Positions 1 through 10,900 of a stretch of 64,000 nucleotides of DNA are shown here, piece after piece. The notes beneath the pieces are model-generated. The model made no database searches, was not told the DNA's origin, and was given only the letters and a program-made list of their open reading frames with translations. The position numbers and the translations under genes were made by a program. The number at the start of each line of letters is the position of its first letter. Within the stretch, counting starts at the first letter, position 1. The stretch is from contig OZ037772.1 in NCBI GenBank assembly GCA_964035545.1, positions 4,183,538-4,247,537 on the forward strand, written 5' to 3'. This DNA is from Bugula neritina. Lineage: Eukaryota; Animalia; Bryozoa.

Positions 1-19
1 ATACGGCAGGAAGTTCCGC

Positions 20-2321
20 TTGCGGACCGACCACGCCACCTTGATTTGGTTATGTAAGAGAGCAGAACCGTCCAGCCAAGTCGCCCGATGGCTCGAGGTC
101 CTGGCCGAGTTCTCTTACCGGATCGAGCACCGACCCGGTAAGAAACACGGCAATGCTGATGGACTGAGCCGGCGACCGGACGAGAGGTGTAAACAGTGCC
201 TCAACATCGAGAAGAGGGACGGAGGTCCTCCAAAATCCGAGTTGAGAGCACTGAACCACTCTGAAACGGAGTATGACTGGGACCAGGGTCAACTCCTACA
301 GAAGGCCGCTACGCCCCCGGAGGCTATCCAACGCCTCCGTGCCAATCCTGTCTTGGCTGATAACGTTAGGGAGCTACGAAGACTCCAGGAGGACCTCCCT
401 GGAGTGGTAGCCGACGTATATCGTGCCAAAAAGGAGGGGCGACGACCCAGTAAAGAACAACTGCGACAGGGATGCACCGAGTTACGGTCGTACTGTCAAC
501 GTTGGGACTCCCTGCGGATCGGGCCAGATGGTCTGCTGACCATCACAGTGGCTGCTCACAACAACCAGTACGGCAGGAAAAGAGTGATCTGCCCAGCCGC
601 CATACGCCGGGAGTTAGTATGGGACACCCACAAACAGGCCCACGCCGGGGTGAGCAGGGTGCTCTCCAAGCTACAACTCCGGTGGTACTGGCCCGGCATG
701 GAGCGTGAGGTGCGGCGTAGAGTCAAACAATGCGAAATCTGCCAGGCCAGCAAGCATGGCCGTCTCCCTGGCGAAGCGGGACGGCGTAGGCTATATGCTG
801 GGAGGCCGTGGCAGGTGGTAGCTATCGACCTAGTCGGACCCATGCCCGTCACCCCCAGAGGAAACAGTTGGATCCTAGTATTAACCGACCACTTTACACG
901 GTGGGCGGACGCCCTGGCTATTCCAGATGCGTCCGCCCCCACGGTGGCCAGGGTGCTGGACCAAAATGTATTCTGCTATCTTGGACTACCTGAGCAAATA
1001 CATTCGGACCAGGGGGCTCAATTCCAGTCCCAACTGTTGAGCGACCTCTGCCGCCTCTGGGGAGTAAACCAAAGCAGGACCACCCCGTACCATCCTCAGG
1101 GCAACGGGGTGGTGGAACGCAACAACCCCATGTTGGGCGATGCACTGCACAGTCTGCTCCTCGGCCGGGGTCAGGAGGAGTGGGATACGGTACTGCCGCA
1201 AGTCATGCGGGCCTACCGTAGTACACCACACACCAGTACGGGGGAAACCCCTTACCTCCTGATGCCTGGTCGAGAGACGCGAGTGCCTGACCACCTCACA
1301 TACCACATCCCAGAGCAGGACTATACCATCCACGAGTATGCCAGTAAATTGATAGAGGACCTGAGGGCCGCACACGAAATACTTCGGGCGAAGCAGTGGC
1401 AGGTACGGCGAGAGGACTCTCAGGAACCACCTCTCTATCAAACTGGGGACTGGGTGTGGATGGTCAACTACCGTAGGCGTCGAGGACAAGCGGCTAAGCT
1501 CCAGCCTAAGTTTGTGGGACCCTACGTAGTAGTTGAGGCTATGCCCAATCATACGTACAAGTTGGAGCGATCTGGACAGGTCTCTGTCCAGAACGAAGCC
1601 CGCTTGAAACCGTATTGGGCTAGCTCAGGAGCAGCAGGAGCAGCCCCCCCCCGTTGTTGGAGCCCAGGAGGCAGACAGTAACGCGCGGGCGGCAACGGCA
1701 CGGACCAGAATACGAAGTGGTTGTGCCGCGGGGAGAGGACTTGGTGAGGCAGGAGACGCCACTCCCACCAACGGAAGTGCGCCTACCGCCCCCAGTACCA
1801 AGTCTACCCCCACCACTTCCGGTTCCGCATCCGCGTCCGGAAGTGCAAAACCCCCCCCCGTGGGAGGGGCTCCATCTGGAGACAACAGCGGAGAGGGGAA
1901 CACCACCACCAACGGCGGGCCAGAAACACCACAGGTGGAGCAAAATAGCCCACCAGTGAGTACGCCGCCCCAACCAACAGCTACAACTCCCTCTCCAGCT
2001 GATACGTCACCTCCCCTGGAACGGGGACAGCGTACTAGACAACCCCCAGCATACCTTAAAGACTTCATATGTGACCGTGTTACAAACGGCAGTTATGAAA
2101 GTCTAGCTGGGCACCGTACGGAAGGACTGGCAACAAAGCGTGGGAGTTGTGAACACCACGGAAATCTCAACTTTTGCGAAGGCGGAGTAGTAAACAAAAC
2201 TACTACGCCCGGGGCAAATAGTTCCAGCCGTGCGCAACAACCACGCTGCCCAGTCTTTTCGTACGCTGACGTTGTCAAGGGAAGACGCATTCAAACTCAA
2301 TCCACGGACATCCAAGCTTGA
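20..2321 (+). pseudogene. pol: pol 3' part (RNase H C-terminus, integrase, Pro-rich tail), broken by indels in C-runs
   Basis: RTDH..L.WL, HGNADGLSR, HHCC (HKQAH...CEIC), DDE (IDLVGP, HSDQG, VERNN), GPY module (PKFVGPYVV) and RTRQPPAYLKDF tail. Frame changes at poly-C tracts near 1644-1652 and 1850-1859 relative to the continuous frame in copy 2 (ORF 49766-50806). These may be real or homopolymer sequencing errors. Confidence 0.93.
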
Positions 2322-2386
2322 ACGCTGAGTATGATTACAAATACCGGGTTCTCAGGTAAGCTTGCTCTGAGCTAACATTTCCACTC

Positions 2387-3475
2387 ATGGAAACCAGTCT
2401 ACCATCAGTCAGTTCTGATTTAATCGCCTTGATTGAATCACAACTACTGGGGACTGAGTCCTACGTGAAAGGCGACGAGAACATAAAGATGGCCGACGAT
2501 CTACTAGATCTGGAGCTTGACACTATGTCTCTCTGTCAGTCTACACGACACGACTCAGTCCCTCGAGTGCTATCTGAAAAGATGTATGACTCCCAGACTA
2601 GTAACAGTCGGTTGTCATCAGAATTATGGTGTAAAGATCACATTCGATCTAACAGTAATTCTGCTCTTTTAGATACCGCTCTCTCTCCTCTCTCTGGTGA
2701 CATGCCGTCACTAGAAATGGCTTGGAACGAGGAACCCGTTCCCACTACTCTTCCGGAGGCACTCTTACAGCAGTCATGCTGGGTTACACCAGATACAGAA
2801 ACACTGATACGAGAGCACAAGGGAGACGACCAATGCACCACCTGCCGTTTATGCCAGCTTCACTTCACTACTCCACGAAGACTTCGAGTTCATATTCCCC
2901 AACATTATTTCACCACCTTTTGTCCCTGTGGACAGTATAGTTACCACAGGGACTACATCTTCCGTCACCAGCGAACTATGGGATGCCATGTTGGACACCT
3001 TTTCGGAGTCGACGAACCCTCCTTTCCACAATTCCTTAATCTCATCCGACCATTCATATCAGACCCAGCTCGCTATGAACAGCTGCGTCAGGAATTCCCC
3101 GCACCCAGGACCATCACACAGGGACCCTGCCCTAAACCACCCGGATATAGGAAACCACACGTACCCCGTCCCTCACCCCCCGCACGCACAGTGCCCCGCC
3201 CCGACTCTATACCAAGAGTCGTGTTACGACGCATCGATTTACCACAGCGATGGCGTCCCTCTCCCCCTGTCTCCCCAAGGCCTTCTCGTAAACGGCGTTG
3301 GCCATCTTCATCCCCCAACCGACACTCTGCCCCTGCCCGGAATCTAGGCGAGGCAGAAGAGCGGATACGAGAATTAGAGAAAGAGGTGCAAAGACTGACA
3401 CCGAGAATCTCCGCCGCCGCATCAGAACTCCGGGCCCTCTCTGCCTCTGTAGCCCGAATGAAAGGAAGTGCTTGA
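2387..3475 (+). CDS. Retrotransposon ORF3, 362 aa: acidic N-terminus, two C2H2-type zinc fingers, Pro/Arg-rich region with RKRR, C-terminal coiled coil; not Env-like
   Basis: ATG 66 nt after the pol stop. Motifs CRLCQLHFTTPRRLRVHIPQH and CPCGQYSYHRDYIFRHQRTMGCH; heptads LGEAEERIRELEKEVQRL...LRALSASV. Same ORF present in copy 2. Confidence 0.85.
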   Translation: METSLPSVSSDLIALIESQLLGTESYVKGDENIKMADDLLDLELDTMSLCQSTRHDSVPRVLSEKMYDSQTSNSRLSSELWCKDHIRSNSNSALLDTALSPLSGDMPSLEMAWNEEPVPTTLPEALLQQSCWVTPDTETLIREHKGDDQCTTCRLCQLHFTTPRRLRVHIPQHYFTTFCPCGQYSYHRDYIFRHQRTMGCHVGHLFGVDEPSFPQFLNLIRPFISDPARYEQLRQEFPAPRTITQGPCPKPPGYRKPHVPRPSPPARTVPRPDSIPRVVLRRIDLPQRWRPSPPVSPRPSRKRRWPSSSPNRHSAPARNLGEAEERIRELEKEVQRLTPRISAAASELRALSASVARMKGSA

Positions 3476-3837
3476 AGATGATATCTCCCAAACTCCCTAT
3501 CCGTGATGGTACTGCAGGTGGTGCCCCATCCCGAACCCTTCTCACGCCGGTGCTCACAAACAATTACTCAGTGTGACAATATATAGTAACCTACCAGTAT
3601 ACAGCTCTACCTCTATAGACTATCCCCTTACAAGTGCCTCCCGCCGGTGCCATTGTGTATTTACTGTTATATTTTTTTATATGTGTATATGTTTTCTTAT
3701 TACTGTACATAGCCATGTTTTTCTTTTTATGTGCCACACGCCCTCTCAGTTTTTTTAGTTTTATAACATTTTATGTCCGAATTTATTGTATCTGTGTTAT
3801 CAGAAAGTAGGGCTTTCTGCTGGGGGGGGGGGGGCGG

Positions 3838-4110
3838 TGTAGTGAGGACGTAATACACGCGTCCCCCAAACCCCTTCAGCCTATCGGAGTGCGTCACGTG
3901 ATAACCCTCAGCTAGTAGTAGTTTGTCAGTGGAGAGAGCGTACTAACTAAGCGAAGATGTAATCTCTAATCTGTGTACGTGCTGTATCTTTTATATAATT
4001 AGTAGCGAATAAACTTTGGAAACTCTTACTTAAATACTTTATTGATGTGGATAAATAGACTATAATTACAAGCTAGGAACCCACGCATAGTAATTACACA
4101 AATTACTACA
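3838..4110 (+). repeat. 3' LTR of Gypsy copy 1 (273 bp)
   Basis: TG...CA ends with a 6-bp terminal inverted repeat, preceded by the PPT; AATAAA at 4008-4013; matches 47988-48260 and 55293-55565 in reverse complement. Confidence 0.97.
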
Positions 4111-5639
4111 ATATAATAATCAACATACAAATGAGATGCTCTTGTCAGTCTATAATGATGAATATTATACACTGGAACTGGGTTACTCTCTCACCTCCCC
4201 TCACTGCAGCTCAGCTAGACCAGATCTTCCCAAGTGATGAAGATTTTTATTTCTAAAAATTTCAAGATTACATGTACTGTATATGTATAACTATAACTCC
4301 TTCATATTATGTAGTTCATATATTTATCCACACTACACACTACAATCTAAGTTTACTTCTACATCCATGTGTCTAATATTCACTCTACCCTAGCTGCTAC
4401 CCCTCCTACTATGAATGAAGGTTCGGAAGTTTGAATTGGAAGCAAAACCAACAGGAAGTTTAAGCAGCAATGCAAGCTCATTTCTATAAACTATACACAC
4501 TGCATACATATAGTGGATATATTTCCTGTGTTCCAGTGCAATCATCACATCATCACTCTTCATTATAGCAGCATCAATCCTTTCAAAGCTGAACTCAAGT
4601 TGTGACCTTGACATAATTCTATGATACAACTATCCTCACACTCAATAAATTATTAGAAAAAGAACCTGTTCCAGAGATATCTTTCAAAAAGCATTTCCGC
4701 GAATATCTTTGAACTTTTAACATTATTTGACAGTATTTCCCTGAGCTACCTTCATAAGAGAGTTACATGAGAGTGTTATTGAGCTGGTTTACAGTAAAGG
4801 ATGATTTGCTGAATTCTGTGTTTCCACAAGCAAACTCTACCCACACATTGCTGACAATACACTAACAGTTTTAGTGCCATTCAGCACTACCTTTTTATAT
4901 AAGATAGGATTCCTTCAATTAATATGCTAATGGTTAGGAATCAGCAAATAAACTGCCTTGACCTGCAAAGTGGCCTACAATGTACAGCTTGTCAAAACCC
5001 AAGTCAAACTTAAGCAAGCTGCAGCACAAATTCACCAGCTTCAGCCATCATATTAATAATTGAACTGCTCTGTGCTTTTTACATGCATAATGTAATAATC
5101 ATAATCTTATATAATAATCAAATATACTAGAACAAATATAGACTTCTATTGTATATTATGCCTATCATTCATAAATTGCACTTTTAGAAAGAGGAGAACT
5201 TAATAGTAAACAGTTATGGAAGGGGAGATGATATGGTATGAAAAAGGTTTGGAACCACTGAGCTAGAGGAACCACCATACCTCAACCATAGCATCACATC
5301 CCTCTGCCATCTTGATTGCAGCCTGCCAGTTAAGAAAATTCAAGATTAATCAGATGTTCAGTGATGTTGCTGAATATGCTAGTACTAAACAGCTCAACTT
5401 AAACATTATAAAAATATTTTACATAATGAAAGTACAAACAAAAAGATGCAAGTGCTAGCTGACACTCAAGACTACTAATAAGAGACAAAGTCCTTGTAAA
5501 GATTTTGCTACTAAAAAGGACATAGATGTTATCTGTAATTTTGTAATTTGAAAATATACAGGACCGGAATTGGATATTCTAAAATAGCTCAATTGAAAAA
5601 CATGCACACTTGGTGCCCTGGATAATTTTTTAGATTTCA

Positions 5640-5922
5640 ACCTTAGAGTTGTCTCTCTTCGACACTAAAATATAGCGCTCCGCTCAATGAATGCAACATT
5701 TCTTTCACGTGATTATTATAGAGCCGACCTTTGTAGTTGAGTGACGTGTTATAATCCTTCTGCGCGCAGAACTTCCTCGTTATTTTGGTTTTATTCATAT
5801 TGATATTGTGCCTTTTCTCACTTACTAGTTACCAAGTTTCTTACCAGTTTACAGACTGACACTATTGACTCTCGTGAGGTGAGAACAGTTTGAGTCATCT
5901 TATCATTTCTCAAATTAATCAG
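5640..5922 (+). promoter_or_regulatory. Probable promoter and non-coding first exon of TRIM copy 1
   Basis: CpG-enriched block conserved with 56383-56636, contains TCACGTGA (5705-5712) and ends at donor CAG|GTAC (5923), after which similarity drops. Confidence 0.55.
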
Positions 5923-7907
5923 GTACCCGTACTTTAATACTTGCAGTTAGATTTACTATTTTAGTATTTACTATTTTATTTAGTATTTTAGTATTTTAAT
6001 TTTAATTCTAGATTTACTTTTACTTTTAGTTTTAGTTTTAATTTTAGCCTTTAGGCTTTAGGTTTAAGTCTAGGCTTATAACTTATATAATATTAATATA
6101 AGATTAAGCTTAAGACTAAGTTATATTTAAATTATAAGTTATATAAATTAAAATTCTTACAGTTAATGTTATAATATTATTTAAATATAATTGTTTCTCT
6201 TTGAGTCTTTTATTTGAAATTTACAATAGACATAGTAATACCATAGCCCATATGGCCATAGGCATATGATCAATAATTAATTAATTATAATGATTTATCG
6301 AATAATATAAATATAAATATCGTATTAATGATATTAAATTTATTATTATTATAAAAAATTTAATCGACTTCAAGTTTAGGTTCAAGTTTTAATACTGAAA
6401 AATTAATCTACTAGTAGTAGTACTAGTACTGCTACGTCTACAGTAGTAATAGTGGTAGTAGCCTACGATTACAGATTACTATTACGTACTATAAGTATTA
6501 GTCTATTAGTAATACATGTACTATTAGATTACTCTTAGTATTGCTATTCGATTTACTGTTGGTATAACTATATAAGAATTGAGACTAAGTATTTCAGTTT
6601 CGCACTATTTTATTTATATAATTATTTGTATTAACTTTAAGTATTACTATTAGTAATCACAATTAGTATTGATATTGCATCTCCTATTAGGATTACTGCT
6701 ATTACTATTAGTATTGTTGTATGAGTAATTACTAATTAGTATTAGTAATTTTTACTCATTGCATTACATTTACTATAAGTATAACTATAAAGTGTAAGTT
6801 ACTATTATTGCTTTACTATAACTATCAGTATTAGCTTTAGTGTTGCAGTTGGTTTTACTGCCAGGTCCCCTACCATCATTAAATTTATTTATAATGATAA
6901 TCTTGGTGATTATCACCCAATATTGACTCATATGACTAGGTTAGCCACATTTATATGATCTACTATTGTTGTAAACATAAAAATATGAGGTTAGTGTTAG
7001 TAAATCATTTGCTAGGTAAGAGTGTAGAATAAATAATTGGCTAGAGATGAGTGTAGAAGCTGCCAACTCATGAAACAACTACACCTGACCTAACAGAAGC
7101 ACAAACTTGTTAAATTAGTGTGTTTCACACCACCATAGTTTCTATTAGATGATTAGAATAGCAAACTAGCAGTTGATGGCTTTTTCCCTGGCTGGTGGAA
7201 GAGTGAATCTAAGTAACATATTAAATCATGCATCACCAACACTGCAGAAATGTTAAAATGAATTTTGTCATTTAGATTATGGAGAAAACAAAGTATTTTC
7301 AACACCCAGCACAAAATATTTCATGAAACTATGTTTTCTCCCACTGCTATGTTTCCCCATATTTTGTGTCTTAGCGTGAGCCCACGCAATGTATCTAGCC
7401 CAAAAATGGGCAGGTAACATTGTAAAACTGGCTGATATCTTTGAATGAGGGGATAAGCAGCTGAGCCCAATTGTGCTGTTTGTTCATAAAAGTAATACAT
7501 AACTCACTGGTATTCATGTTTCACTTCTCTTCTATATATTAGAAACACTTGATTAGTGGTGTTCAATAGAAGTAGAATAATAGTGTTCACTGAAGCACAC
7601 AACATTGCTTCATATTTATTGTATATGGAGTTTGAGTCACCAGCAAAAACCTTTTCAGTGATTACAATGGAAACAATACAGCCTTTGTTAGAGAGTTAAA
7701 GCTGTGAGCTCAGCATGTTGTAGCTGACTATCACGTATACCAGTTTTATTAACTGCCTTTGTTTAACATTATTTTTCATGTCTTTATTTTGTATGGTTTA
7801 TTGTTAAGGGTTAAGTCTTTGATTTGGAAACCTTCACAGATGTAGTGTGAAATATTATGCTAAGAGTATGTGTATCTTTTACAGGATTTCCTTATCATAT
7901 AACCAAG

Positions 7908-10900
7908 ATGGCAGAATCCAGAGTTGTGAAAAAGAGACTAAACAATTCGTATCGCTGTGGGTACTGCTCGCAGTACTTCAACAAACTTGAAGATCCCAGA
8001 ACTCTGCCCTGTCTGCATGTGTACTGCATGAGATGTTTGAAGACTGACATCGGTGGTAGGAAGGATCATATTAGATGTGCTTATTGTAGGTGAGTTACAG
8101 TACATAACACAATATATCATGTCATAGGCTTGCATATGATTATCTCACTATCATCTATGAGTTGTCTGATCTGTGTCTATGAAAAGCAAACAATACTGTA
8201 TAATGTATATTCTATGTGAACTCTGGTTACCAACTTGTGGAGTGTGTGGATATCTTTTTATTAGGTTAAAAAGATATCTGTTATGTAGATTACATCATCA
8301 GCTGTCCTTTCTTGTTGCATTGTGGTGCTGTTGGATGTCTTGGGATTGGGGTTGTCTCCTCATTATATTATTTTGTTCTCATACAGTACAAGAATTGTTA
8401 GACCAACCTTTTTCATACCATCCCCACTTTCATACATGTTTACTATTAAGTCCCCTCCCTTTCGTCAATCGGAAATTTTTATGACTGTCATAATGATAAT
8501 ATAGATAACAATGCAACATTCTTCTCTTACATTTGAATATAATATAATTATTTCTGATAATTATATTATTATGCATGTATAAAACACAGAGCAGTTCAAT
8601 TATTAATATTATGGCTGCAGCTGATGACATTGTGTCAGCTTGCTTTCAAACCTCCCACCCCAACCCCTAAACCCCAACCCCAATATTGTAATTAAAACAC
8701 ATTCATGTAGAAGTAGACTGAGATGGCAGAACTGGTTAAATGGATAAGCTAAGAGGAAGGCTTATAGATATACAGGTACATGTAACTTGCAAGGGCTCAA
8801 AGTCTTCAACAAACTGCTTGAAATTTTTGAAATCAAAATCCAGGCTCCCCCTAAAAAGCCCAAAATTCCCTCTTATAAGGGGATTCTCCCAGGTTGGGAA
8901 CCACTGTGTTGAATTGGCTTGTGTTTCTTATCCTCTTTCCTGTGATTATAAACATGTATGATGTTGTCATGACAACAGAGTTGCTGTGGCACAAAGTACA
9001 GTTTACTAGTATGTAGTGATTGTGTAGTGAGAGTGGAGTGTCTGGTTATTGTCCATGCTTATGTGTAATCTGTAAGGAGTAGAATTATATTATTTTAATA
9101 TAATGTTGAGAGAGGTACTTTTATAATGGCAGTTTGCTAAATAGCTTTAGTTCTAATGCCATAGACTCATAGCTCTGGAGTCTAGCAGCTGCTACTATTA
9201 CCACTAGCTGTTCAAAATTCGGGCTGCCAAAGCATAATAGCCATTGACAAGGTCAAGCAGTCACTGGGAAATTATTTGACTAAAGAGCAGGTCTTATGAC
9301 AATTAGTAGTCAGTCCCTTAGACAGGAATCAGTGATTCTGTGACTTATTTAGTTAAATCCAATGCTGAACTTTTGATTGGCTATTAGATAGCCATCACAA
9401 TTGTAATTGGTACAATATATTATTATGGGGTGTCAATCAGTGTGTAATATAATCTGTGAATTGAGTGTCTCCTTTAGCTTTGATGAGTTGATTACTTCTT
9501 CTACCATCAGTCAGTTGTATTAAGTGTTTTTTTGTACTGAGTCATGAATAGTGTTGAGGATTTGGGCTTATATTATGCCAACCCCCCCTCTGACTTAGAC
9601 TGAGACCCAGCCTGCTGCACATACATAGTAGTACTACACTGAAGATAGTTAACATGTGCGTATATCATCCTACCAGTAATTGATTACTAATTACAACTTA
9701 TCCTATGACTCACTCTTCTTCTGCTAGCTGCATGAGATAGGCAACACTCACACGTGACACGAACTCACGGTGCGCTAGCTCTTGACACATTGCCAAGGAT
9801 GATGAAATGACAGTTTCGCGCCACTCCTAGCAGTTAGAGTGGCAGGGAATAGTTGTAGTATGTTGTAGTATTGGCTCCTCAGAATTCACTCCTCAGTAAT
9901 TAGTTGCAACATGCACTAGTAATAAACTTGCAACAGTAGTGAATAATTATTGACAATATGGCCTCCACTCAGTAGTTAACTAGTAATTTGTCTTGTCATT
10001 TTACAATACAAGTTACAGTTGAGTCTATTTGTTGAGTAGCAGTTCTTTGTCAGGAGTGACTATTTTCCAGCATATTAAGTACATAATATAGTCAAGTGTG
10101 TTTGTGTGATAGCCTGTGGTCTATATAATGAATGTCTGTTGATGAGTGATGAGTATTTATTTGAGTATTTGTCAAGGACATAGCTGTGTGTGTGTGGATG
10201 GAGTATTTCATTACTTGAGATATACTAAACACAGCTAACACAGGTAACATACTGATTGCTATATGTTGTAGAAAAGATCACTATGACATCACGGATCCCA
10301 CAACACTACCAGTAGCTCAGCATGGAGACCCCTTAGAATACAAGTCTCCACCCAAACCTGCACCCATTCCCTGCGATGTGTGTAAAGGTGGAACACAAGC
10401 TGCTGTGTTTTGTCTTGAGAGTCTAAAGAAATTATGTCAGCAGCATCAAGAAGTGAGTCTTTCTTATATAATTTCTCAAGATTAGTTACTAAACCAGTTC
10501 TGGTTTGTATGTAGAATATTATTGAAAAGAAATGTTGAGTCTGTGTGACTTTTTATACTAAACACAGAGTTTCACAGTGCAGTGAGTCAACTATGACAGA
10601 CTTGTTGGTGAAAATACAACCAACTAAACTGTTGACCTTTATTATACAGAATCACAGAGAGCTGATGGGAGATAGACATCAGTTTATTGACATTGAGGTC
10701 TACAGAGCTTCTCCCCAAAGATATACTATAACTGAATGTGAACATCATAAAGAGGAACAGCTGACAGAAGTTTGTTCCAAGTGTCACCAGATATTCTGTA
10801 TGAGATGTGATATGAGGACTGGCTGTAAGGATAAGACAGGTATTTACTTGCTGTTTCTATTTCTGTAGAGAGAAACTGAGAAATATTACAAGAACCTGTT

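Larger units (their letters stand above)
1..4110 (+). mobile_element. Ty3/Gypsy LTR retrotransposon, copy 1 (5' part outside window): RNase H end, integrase, ORF3, PPT, 3' LTR
   Basis: Integrase motifs, G-rich PPT at 3822-3837, 273-bp LTR with TGTAGT...ACTACA ends, followed by ATAT (4111-4114). Near-identical to the complete minus-strand copy at 47988-55565. Confidence 0.97.

Noticed and set aside
2387-3475. ORF3 as an envelope gene
   Set aside because: No signal peptide, fusion peptide or transmembrane anchor.
50-3576. Antisense and alternate-frame ORFs within Gypsy copy 1, mirrored in copy 2
   Set aside because: Expected shadows of GC-rich coding DNA; recurrence only reflects near-identity of the two copies.
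4390-4629. 79-aa ORF within the roughly 800-bp segment specific to TRIM copy 1
   Set aside because: No recognisable motif or splice support.
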